Below, in pieces: positions 54,496 to 63,131 of a DNA stretch of 64,000 nt. The stretch covers positions 263,533 to 327,532 of the forward strand of contig CP063810.1 in NCBI GenBank assembly GCA_022818765.1, in the 5' to 3' direction. The translations under genes and the position numbers were made by a program. This DNA comes from Bordetella sp. Its GTDB lineage: Bacteria; Pseudomonadota; Gammaproteobacteria; Burkholderiales; Burkholderiaceae_B. The notes under the pieces are model-generated. The model was given only the letters and a program-made list of their open reading frames with translations. It was not told the origin of the DNA and did no database searches. Numbering within the stretch: position 1 is the first letter of the stretch; each line of letters opens with the position of its first letter.

Positions 54496-55138
54496 TTAAA
54501 AATCTGGTTGTGGGGTAAATCTTAAATATGGAAGAATAGTTTCCTCATTTTCAGGAAGTTTTCTTTTAATATTGTTGTTTTCATCATTTTCAGCTGGTGG
54601 AATTATAACTTTTTCGCCATTCTTCCAATTTGCAGGTGTAAATACACCATATTTATCTGTTAACTGAAGAGAATCAATCGTTCGAATAATTTCATCAAAA
54701 TTTCTCCCAGCGCTAGAAGGATAAATGAATATCAAACGAATTTTTTATTTGGATCAATAATAAAAACTGAACGAACAGTAAGTATAGGATCTGAATTAGG
54801 ATGAATCATACCATAAAGATTAGAAACTTTTCTATCAACATCTGCTATTATTGGAAAATTAATATTATATGATTGTATTTGATGGATATCTCCTATCCAT
54901 TTTAAATGCAATTTTACAGAATCTATTGACAAAGCAAGAACTTTTATATTTCTTGCCAAAAATTCATTGGAAAGTTTCGCAATATAACTTAATTCAGTAG
55001 TGCATACAGGTGTAAAATCAGCGGGATGAGAAAATAATAATCCCAATCTTTTCCAAGATATTCGTAAAAGTTAATCATCCCAATGGATGAAATTTGTTTA
55101 AAATTCGGAGCTATATCTCCAAGATATAATTGACTCAT
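54496..55138 (-). pseudogene. 1-Cys peroxiredoxin (Prx6-like) with two frameshifts (G3 run at 55042-55044; A6 run at 54741-54746)
   Basis: Three consecutive ORF pieces: LGDIAPNF...EYLGKDW / GLLFSHPADFTPVCTTEL...IIDPNKK / [26 protein letters not shown]. Each junction is repaired by adding one nt. Confidence 0.8.
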
Positions 55139-55246
55139 TCTATATATCCTAAAAGGATTACCCAACATATTTTTGAATATTTTCAAATAATTATACCTAA
55201 AATTTAATTTTCATTCTCTCTCTGTGTTAAAAAAATCAAATAATTC

Positions 55247-56185
55247 TCAATCATCTGATAAAGCATTAATAAGTTTAGGTAATATTTCAAGTAAATCTCC
55301 AATGATATAATAATCAGAAATATTAAGAATAGGAGCTTTCATATCATTATTAATAGCTACTATTATTTTAGAATTTTTCATTCCAACTATATGTTGAATT
55401 GATCCTGAAATTCCAATTGCTATATAAAGTTTCGGAGAAACAATTTTACCTGATTGACCGATTTGCCAACTTTTTTCTGCATATCCAGATTCAATTGCCG
55501 CTCGGGAAGCTCCTATAGCTGCTTTTAATCTTTGAGCTAAGATCCTTAAAATTTTAAAATTTTTAGCATTTTTGAATCCTTTCCCTCCTGCAACGATAAT
55601 ATCTGCGTTATTTAAATCATTAAAATTATTTATATTAGTTTGATAACTAATTAAAGAAGACATACAAACATTAGGAAGAGCCTTGATACTTTCTATTACA
55701 GCTGATCCTGTATAATCTTCTATTGATTCAAAACTTGCAGGACAAATTGTAATTACTTTGATTTTATCATGTGATTGAACGGTAGCAATTACATTACCAG
55801 TATATATAAAACGACAAAAAATATTATCTGATTTTATATCAATAACTTCAGAAATTTGAGAAACATCAAGAATAGCAGCAACTCTTGGTGCTATATTTTT
55901 ACCAAAGGATGTAGCTGGGAATAAAATATGATTATAAGAAAAAGCAATAGTGAAAATCTGAAGTGAAAAATTTTCAGAAAGTGGATGATATAAATGTGAA
56001 GAATCGATAAAAAAAACTTTGGAAATTCCAAAAATTCTAGCTGCCTGTTTTACTATTTTTAAAATGTTAAATCCAATAACTAAAATATGAATTTCATTTC
56101 CTAATTTAATAGCAGCAGAAATAGTACTAAATGTCGATGATTTTAGGTTAAAATTATTATGTTCAGCAACAACTAATGTAACCAT
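55247..56185 (-). CDS. etfA: electron transfer flavoprotein subunit alpha
   Basis: 312 aa. C-terminal FAD-binding signature (GASRAA.ESGY......IGQSGK.V.P.LYIA.GISGSIQH..GM). Confidence 0.9.
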   Translation of the reverse strand: MVTLVVAEHNNFNLKSSTFSTISAAIKLGNEIHILVIGFNILKIVKQAARIFGISKVFFIDSSHLYHPLSENFSLQIFTIAFSYNHILFPATSFGKNIAPRVAAILDVSQISEVIDIKSDNIFCRFIYTGNVIATVQSHDKIKVITICPASFESIEDYTGSAVIESIKALPNVCMSSLISYQTNINNFNDLNNADIIVAGGKGFKNAKNFKILRILAQRLKAAIGASRAAIESGYAEKSWQIGQSGKIVSPKLYIAIGISGSIQHIVGMKNSKIIVAINNDMKAPILNISDYYIIGDLLEILPKLINALSDD

Positions 56186-56186
56186 T

Positions 56187-56935
56187 TCAGATTACTTTAG
56201 CTTCATTTTTAAGTTTAGTTAACAAAGATTCTACATCTTTTACTCTAGTTTGTAATCTATGCTTATAAAATTTAGAGAGGTTTAATATATGTAAACGTTT
56301 TGAAACATCTATTTTAAAATCCTCTAATTTTATTATTTCAATAAGTTTACTTTTTGCTTGTATAATATTTTTCAGATGAATATAGCGTGGTTTATTCAAA
56401 TATAAACTGCTAGTAATAATAGAAGGTAAGTTCATTTTAATTGTTTCATATCCTTCATCAACATCGCAATTTACTATAACGCTGTTTTTAATTAATGTAA
56501 GTTTGCTAACAGAAATCGCTTGAGGAATGTTAAGTAGGGCACTTAACATCTGGCCTGTCTGATTTGCATTATTATCTACAGATTTTGAACCAAGAAATAT
56601 TAAATCAGGTTTTTCTTTTTGAACTAAAATTTTAGTATTTTAGCAACAGATAAGGGCTCTAAATCACAATCTGTAGAAACCAGTATACTTCGATCAACAC
56701 CCATAGCCATTGCAGTGCGAAGAACTTTATTACATTCTAAATCCCCACAAGATACTGCAACTATTTCCTTAGCAATACCTTGTTCTTTTAAACTTACAGC
56801 TTCTTCTACAGCGATCTCATCATAAGGATTCATAGATGTTTCAATATTTGAAACATCTATGGAACAGTTATCTAAATTTAATTTTATCAACTCATCCTGA
56901 TCTATAACCTGTTTTATAGAAACTAATATTTTCAT
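56187..56935 (-). pseudogene. etfB: electron transfer flavoprotein subunit beta, frameshifted in an A4T4 tract (56626-56633)
   Basis: The N-terminal ORF MKILVSIKQV....NPYDEIAVEEA ends at AKILKF*. One extra nt gives KILKILVQKEKPDLIFLGSKSVDNNANQTGQMLSALLNIPQA, joining the 120-aa C-terminal ORF. Confidence 0.8.
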
Positions 56936-56991
56936 TTAAAATTTTCGATTCAATTGATAATGATTTAATCAACTAAACTGTTAAATTATTT

Positions 56992-57049
56992 AAAAAAAAA
57001 TAGGTATTAACTGATCATTTCTTTTATTGAAAATATTCATAATACCTAT
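56992..57049 (-). terminator. candidate intrinsic terminator downstream of rpsA
   Basis: On the minus strand, 12 nt after the rpsA stop: perfect 10-bp stem ATAGGTATTA...TAATACCTAT (57040-57049 / 57000-57009) followed by a U9 run (56992-57000). The loop is unusually large (~30 nt), hence moderate confidence. Confidence 0.45.
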
Positions 57050-57060
57050 AAATTTCTTAT

Positions 57061-58776
57061 TTAATTACCCTCTTTTTGTCGATCTAACTTAGCTCTTAAC
57101 AAAGCACCAAGATTTGTTGTACCAGAAGATGCACTAGTATCAGACATGCGCTGTTGAGAAGCTTCGTTTTTCTCTAAAGCCTCACGAGCTTTAATTGATA
57201 CTTGAATTGTTCTTGTTTTTCGATCAATATTGACAATCATAACTTCAATTTTCTTTCCTTCTTTCAAAACGGTAGTTGCATCATCGACACGTTTTGTTGA
57301 AATTTCAGAAGCACGTAGATAAGCTTCAACATCACGAGATAAATTAATTATAGCCCCTTTGCTATCAACATGGGTAACTATTCCCGATACAGTGGAACCC
57401 CTTTCGTTAGATACAATATAACTATTAAATGGATCTTCTTCAAGTTGTTTAATTCCTAAAGAAATGCGTTCTTTTTCTGTATCGATACTTAAAACAATAG
57501 CTGAAAGCTCCTCACCTTTCTTGAAATTTTTAACTATTTCTTCACCAGATCCTATCCAGGATAAATCGGATAAATGAACAAGACCATCAATTCCTCCAGG
57601 TAAACCAACAAACAAACCAAAATCAGTAATTGATTTGATTGCTCCGGTAACCTTATCTCCACGTTTAAAATTTATAGCAAATTCTTCCCATGGGTTTTGA
57701 AGACATTGTTTCATCCCCAATGAAATGCGACGCCTATTTTCATCTATTTCCAATATCATTATTTCAACTTCTTTTCCTAAAGATACAACCTTTCTAGAAT
57801 CAACATTTTTATTTGTCCAATCCATTTCAGATACATGGACCAACCCTTCAATTCCAGATTCGATTTCTACAAAAGCTCCATAATCTGTCAAATTTGCAAC
57901 TTTTCCAAATAATCTAGTGCCTTGAGGGTAACGTCGAGAAAGTCCTATCCAAGGATCTTCACCTAATTGTTTAATTCCTAAAGAAACACGACTCTTCTCT
58001 TGATCAAATTTCAAAATTTTTGCTTGAACTTCCTGACCAATTTGTAAAACTTCAGATGGGTGACGGACACGTCTCCAAGCCATATCTGTAATATGCAATA
58101 AGCCGTCAATTCCCCCTAAATCTACAAAAGCTCCATAATCCGTAATATTTTTTATAACTCCGTTAACTATAGCGCCTTCATAAAGACTTTCAAGTAATTT
58201 TTGGCGTTCCTCTCCGACATTTGCCTCTAATACTTGACGTCTTGATAAAACTACATTATTGCGTTTTCGATCAAATTTAATAACCCTAAACTCCATAGTT
58301 TTTCCTTCATATGGAGTGGTATCTTTAACGGGACGCAAATCAACAAGGGAACCTGGTAAAAATGCGCGGATACCATTAGTCATAACAGTTAATCCACCCT
58401 TAACTCTACCAGTAATTGTGCCAGTCACAAGCTCTTTACTTTCTAAAGCTTTTTCAAGTTTCAGCCAAGCTGATAATCGTTTCGCTCGATCTCGAGAAAG
58501 TATTGTATCACCGTATCCATTTTCTAATGAATCAATAGCTACTGATACAAAATCTCCAGGTGAGACTTCCAATTCACCTTGATCGTTTAAAAATTCTTCA
58601 ATTGGAATTAAAGCTTCAGATTTGAGTCCAGCATTCACTACAACAAAATTGTTGTCTACACGAATTACTTCAGCAGTTATAACTTCGCCAGACTTTACAT
58701 CGTGTTGTTCTAAACTTTTTAAAAACAAATCGGCAAAATTTTCTTGGTTAGCATTAACTATAGGAACTAATGACAT
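57061..58776 (-). CDS. rpsA: 30S ribosomal protein S1
   Basis: 571 aa with six S1 repeats (repeated G..V.G.V....D.GAFV.L..G..GL.H.S). Confidence 0.95.
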   Translation of the reverse strand: MSLVPIVNANQENFADLFLKSLEQHDVKSGEVITAEVIRVDNNFVVVNAGLKSEALIPIEEFLNDQGELEVSPGDFVSVAIDSLENGYGDTILSRDRAKRLSAWLKLEKALESKELVTGTITGRVKGGLTVMTNGIRAFLPGSLVDLRPVKDTTPYEGKTMEFRVIKFDRKRNNVVLSRRQVLEANVGEERQKLLESLYEGAIVNGVIKNITDYGAFVDLGGIDGLLHITDMAWRRVRHPSEVLQIGQEVQAKILKFDQEKSRVSLGIKQLGEDPWIGLSRRYPQGTRLFGKVANLTDYGAFVEIESGIEGLVHVSEMDWTNKNVDSRKVVSLGKEVEIMILEIDENRRRISLGMKQCLQNPWEEFAINFKRGDKVTGAIKSITDFGLFVGLPGGIDGLVHLSDLSWIGSGEEIVKNFKKGEELSAIVLSIDTEKERISLGIKQLEEDPFNSYIVSNERGSTVSGIVTHVDSKGAIINLSRDVEAYLRASEISTKRVDDATTVLKEGKKIEVMIVNIDRKTRTIQVSIKAREALEKNEASQQRMSDTSASSGTTNLGALLRAKLDRQKEGN

Positions 58777-58915
58777 TCGGGGCTAATCCATTATAAGCCA
58801 AGATTATGGCTAATTATTGTTTGATCACTACGCAAAAATGACAGCTATAGTGAAGTTTAAATACCTATTAATTTTTTCAATATAAAAAATTAAACACAAA
58901 ATAAATTATTTATAA

Positions 58916-59587
58916 TTAATTAACAGGGCCTGAATTTCTCCAAAAATTTAATATAGATTGTACAGTCTCATCAATCGTTAAATTAGAAGAATCTAAAACA
59001 TATGCGTCGCTTGCTATGACAAGGGGAGAAATCTCTCGATTTTTATCACGAAAATCTCGATCTTTCAAATCAAAAAAAATGTCTTTTAGATTAACAGAAA
59101 TATCATTTCTGATCAACTGTTTATATCGTCTATGCACTCGAGTTTTTATATTTGCTACTAAAAAAATCTTTAAATCTGCATCTGGAAATACAATAGTACC
59201 AATATCTCTGCCATCAGCAACCAAGCCGGGAGATATGCGAAACGATCTTTGGTACTCTAATAAAGATTCTCGAATTAGATATTTTTCAGCAATGCAAGAA
59301 GCATAATATCCGACTTTTTCAGATTCTATTTCATTTTTTATCGAGGATTCATCTAAATTTGTATATTTTTCATAAACATGAATATTCAAAGTTTTAATCA
59401 TAGAAACTATATAATCAATATTATCTATTCCAATATTTTCTTTTATCATAAACCATGCGATTTTTCGATAAATAATACCACTATTAAGGATCCTCCAACC
59501 TAAAGATTGTGCAACTCTTAAAGCTATTGTCCCCTTTCCAGAAGCTGCTGGGCCATCTATAGCAATAACAGGAACATTTCTACTCAT
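58916..59587 (-). CDS. cmk: cytidylate kinase
   Basis: VIAIDGPAASGKGT P-loop, ADGRD.GT.VFPDA motif, 223 aa. Confidence 0.9.
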   Translation of the reverse strand: MSRNVPVIAIDGPAASGKGTIALRVAQSLGWRILNSGIIYRKIAWFMIKENIGIDNIDYIVSMIKTLNIHVYEKYTNLDESSIKNEIESEKVGYYASCIAEKYLIRESLLEYQRSFRISPGLVADGRDIGTIVFPDADLKIFLVANIKTRVHRRYKQLIRNDISVNLKDIFFDLKDRDFRDKNREISPLVIASDAYVLDSSNLTIDETVQSILNFWRNSGPVN

Positions 59588-59632
59588 GAACCATATATTT
59601 CCTTTTACTTTATAGAAAATTTTAACTATGTA

Positions 59633-60958
59633 CTACCTGCTTAAAAATATCGAAATAATTGGGAAATGTTTTTCCACACACGAAGGATTCATTATTCTAA
59701 TATTTGATTTCCCAAATGCAGATAGAGAAAAAGACATTGCCATACGATGATCGTTCCATGTTTTTATGGATGCATTATGCCATTGATTAGTGTCAATTGG
59801 TTTTATAGATAACCAATCTGGTCCTGATTTTGTTTGAATGCCTAGTTTTTCAAGTTCATTTTGCATAGCGAAAATTCGATCTGTTTCTTTTACTCGCCAG
59901 CTACCAATATTTCGCAAATAGCAAGGCCCATCAGCATATAAAGCTAAAACAGCTGCTGTCATTGCTGCATCAGGAATTCGATTAAAATCAGAATTAAAAG
60001 CTTTTATTTTTTCACCGATAGAAACTTTTAATCCAGTTGATTCTATCCAATTTTCTCCAAATTTAATATCTGCTCCCATAGATTTCAATGTTTGAGAAAA
60101 CTCGATATCTCCTTGAATACTATCTGATCCAATTCCGGTTACTCGAACCGGACCATTTCCAATAGCCCCTAATGCTAAAAAATAAGATGCTGAAGAAGCA
60201 TCTCCCTCTACTTTGATTCTGCTGGGACTAAGATAAATAGAATTCTCTGGAATTATGAAACGATTAAAATTATCTCTATAAACATTTACTCCAAAACGTT
60301 TCATTAGATCTAAAGTTATATTTATATAAGGTTTTGAAATTAAATTTTTAGTGATTTCTATAGTCAGAGGTTTTTGTGTTCTTTGTGTGTAAATTGGACC
60401 AGCTAATAGTAATCCTGTTAAAAATTGACTGGATATTGAAGATTGAATTTGAACAAATTCAGAATTAAATGAACAATCTTCTATGAGTAAAGGAGGATAA
60501 CCATCCTGACCTAAATATGTAATAGTTGCACCAAGCATTCTCAATGCATTTACTAAATCTGATATAGGTCTCTCGCACATTCGTGCTGTGCCTAATAATT
60601 CATAGTTTCCTCCAATTAAAGACAAAACTGCTGTTAAAGATCGGAATGCGGTACCTGAATTTCCTAAATACAATTTCTTATTATTTACAGGAAAAAACTT
60701 TCCTCCCGTTATATATGTGCTATTAATACCTTCATTCTTAATTAAAACTCCAAGCTTTTTCAAAGCTATTTTCATAAATAGAGTATCTTCAGAATCTAAT
60801 AAATTGATAATTTCTGTACGACCTTCAGATAAAGCAGATAAAAGAAGAACTCTATTGGAAATACTTTTTGAACCAGGTAAATGAACTACTCCATGAGCAC
60901 AAGATATAGAAGGTAAATCTAGATAGGAAATTTTCTGAGTTGAATTCATATTTATCAA
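59633..60958 (-). CDS. aroA: 3-phosphoshikimate 1-carboxyvinyltransferase
   Basis: 441 aa. LPGSKS.SNR.LLL.AL, LGNSGTA.R, DHRMAM motifs. Confidence 0.9.
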   Translation of the reverse strand: MINMNSTQKISYLDLPSISCAHGVVHLPGSKSISNRVLLLSALSEGRTEIINLLDSEDTLFMKIALKKLGVLIKNEGINSTYITGGKFFPVNNKKLYLGNSGTAFRSLTAVLSLIGGNYELLGTARMCERPISDLVNALRMLGATITYLGQDGYPPLLIEDCSFNSEFVQIQSSISSQFLTGLLLAGPIYTQRTQKPLTIEITKNLISKPYINITLDLMKRFGVNVYRDNFNRFIIPENSIYLSPSRIKVEGDASSASYFLALGAIGNGPVRVTGIGSDSIQGDIEFSQTLKSMGADIKFGENWIESTGLKVSIGEKIKAFNSDFNRIPDAAMTAAVLALYADGPCYLRNIGSWRVKETDRIFAMQNELEKLGIQTKSGPDWLSIKPIDTNQWHNASIKTWNDHRMAMSFSLSAFGKSNIRIMNPSCVEKHFPIISIFLSR

Positions 60959-60965
60959 TATTGTA

Positions 60966-61889
60966 TTATACAGATATATTATTAGCCCAATTTCGTCTAG
61001 CTTTTGCTGCTTTTTCTAATAAACTTTCTAAGTAAACTTTATCTTTTTCATAAAGAGCTTTTTCAGCTTTTTTTAACACTTTTCGTAGAGCATTCATTTC
61101 TATTTTTAAAGCTTTGCAGTTAGATAAAAAAATATCTTTCCATATTTCAACAGAACCTGCTGAAATTCTTGTAAAATCTCGAAATCCACTACCAGCAAGT
61201 AATAATCGATCAGATGAATTTGAAGATTGTGTTACCTGTGACATATATACTGCGGATAAAAAATGAGGAATATGACTAACTGACGCCAAAATATAGTCAT
61301 GTTCTTTTGCTTCCATATTTAAAATATTTGCTCCGCATGCTTGCCAAACTTCACGAACAAATTTTAACGTTTCTATTCGATTTTCTTTAAATGGTGTTAA
61401 CACAACATTGCGATTCTTAAAAAGGTCTCGTTTTGCAGAATCTGCTCCACTGAGTTCGGCTCCTGCTATAGGATGTCCTGGAACAAATTGTTTAATATTT
61501 TTACCTAAAATACGACGAGCCATTTTCATAACTTCTGCTTTTGTACTTCCAACATCCGTTATAATTGTATTTGTTTTCAAATGAGGACGAATTTTTTTGA
61601 ATATAGATTCAAAGTTTCCTATTGGAGTAGATAATAATATCAAATCTGATTCTTTTGCTGCTATTTCTAAACTGACAATTTCATCTATTAATCCTTTCTT
61701 TTTAATATTTCTTAAAGATTCAACATTTTTATCTATTCCAAATATCTGCCCAACTTTGTTTGAAAATCGTAGAGCAGCTGCAAATGATCCACCGATTAAA
61801 CCTACTCCTACTATTGCTAATATCGGAACAAATGAATCTGACCTTAATTTTTCATTTGATACAGTATATGAAGGTAAAATCCTAGTCAT
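60966..61889 (-). CDS. tyrA: prephenate/arogenate dehydrogenase
   Basis: 307 aa. GVGLIGGSFA dinucleotide fold, DVGSTK, HP.AG.E.SG, SH.PH motifs. Confidence 0.85.
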   Translation of the reverse strand: MTRILPSYTVSNEKLRSDSFVPILAIVGVGLIGGSFAAALRFSNKVGQIFGIDKNVESLRNIKKKGLIDEIVSLEIAAKESDLILLSTPIGNFESIFKKIRPHLKTNTIITDVGSTKAEVMKMARRILGKNIKQFVPGHPIAGAELSGADSAKRDLFKNRNVVLTPFKENRIETLKFVREVWQACGANILNMEAKEHDYILASVSHIPHFLSAVYMSQVTQSSNSSDRLLLAGSGFRDFTRISAGSVEIWKDIFLSNCKALKIEMNALRKVLKKAEKALYEKDKVYLESLLEKAAKARRNWANNISV

Positions 61890-62036
61890 GTTTTTTATGA
61901 AATGAGTAATAAATAGAAATATTAAAAAGAAAAATTTTCATAAACTCATTGCGAGTATACCAATTTCAAGTTTGGTTAATAGCATTATTAGCTATTTAAA
62001 TTCTTACAATTTGTAAAATCATATAACACTCAATAC

Positions 62037-63131
62037 CTAATATGAAATAGGGTAGGATCCTAATAATTTAAAAAAAACAACTTTTGATTGTAATTCTTTT
62101 AATGCTTTGGAAATATGTATTTCATCTTTATGTCCCTGAATATCAATATAAAAATAATATTCCCATTGTTCTGTTTTAGCAGGTCTAGATTCAAATTTAG
62201 TCATTGATACTTTATGTTTTGTAAATGGCTCTAACATTTTACAAACAGCTCCAGCTTTATTTGGAACTGCTAAAATCAAACTACTTTTATCTCTTCCACT
62301 AAAACAAGTATTTATCTTGCCTATAGAAACAAAACGAGTCCGATTATTACCCTCATCTTGAATACTATTCGCCACAATTTTTAAATTCCAAACATTAGCT
62401 GCCATTTCTCCAGCAATTGCTGCAATATTTTTATTTTCTAATGCAATACGTGCTGCTTCTGAATTACTTGAAACTGTCATTAATGGTAAATTTGGATAGT
62501 GAGATTTTATCCATAACTGGCATTGAGCCAATGCCTGGGGATGAGCAAAAATATGTGTAATGTTTACCATTGAGCCTGTTTGAGTCATTAAACAATGAGA
62601 AATGGCTAATGACCTTTCTCCAATTATTTTTAATGAAGTACTGAATAATAAATCTAAACTTCTATTTATAGAGCCTTCAGTAGAATTTTCTACTGGAACC
62701 ATACCCACATTTGCAGATTCAGTTTCAACTACCCGAAATACTTCATCAATAGATGAACAAACAAGTAATTTTACCGAATGACCAAAATGTTCAATAGCAG
62801 CCTGTTCTGAAAACGAACCTTTCGGACCAAGATAAGCTACAGTTATAGATTGTTCCAAACTGCGACAAGCAGATATAATCTCTGTCCAAACAGATGAAAC
62901 AGCTGTCCTTGGAAAAGGACCATGGTTTTTTTTTTTCAATCTTTCAATAATTTTCGCTTCACGATCAGGATGTAATACAGATTTATTTTCGGAGATAGAC
63001 TGCTTTAATTTCCCAACATCCAATGCTAATTTAGCTCTAACATTTAACATATTGATAATTTGATCATCCAATTTATCAATACTAGAACGCAAGGTTTCTA
63101 ATTTATCTAAAAATATAAGGTTATCATCCAT
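62037..63131 (-). CDS. pheA: bifunctional chorismate mutase / prephenate dehydratase (P-protein)
   Basis: N-terminal CM domain (L..LR..ID..D..I...L..R), PDT domain (AYLGP.GSFSE.A, VPVENSTEG, TRF), ACT domain (ESRP). Start 63131 or 63143, overlapping the serC stop. Confidence 0.9.
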   Translation of the reverse strand: MDDNLIFLDKLETLRSSIDKLDDQIINMLNVRAKLALDVGKLKQSISENKSVLHPDREAKIIERLKKKNHGPFPRTAVSSVWTEIISACRSLEQSITVAYLGPKGSFSEQAAIEHFGHSVKLLVCSSIDEVFRVVETESANVGMVPVENSTEGSINRSLDLLFSTSLKIIGERSLAISHCLMTQTGSMVNITHIFAHPQALAQCQLWIKSHYPNLPLMTVSSNSEAARIALENKNIAAIAGEMAANVWNLKIVANSIQDEGNNRTRFVSIGKINTCFSGRDKSSLILAVPNKAGAVCKMLEPFTKHKVSMTKFESRPAKTEQWEYYFYIDIQGHKDEIHISKALKELQSKVVFFKLLGSYPISY

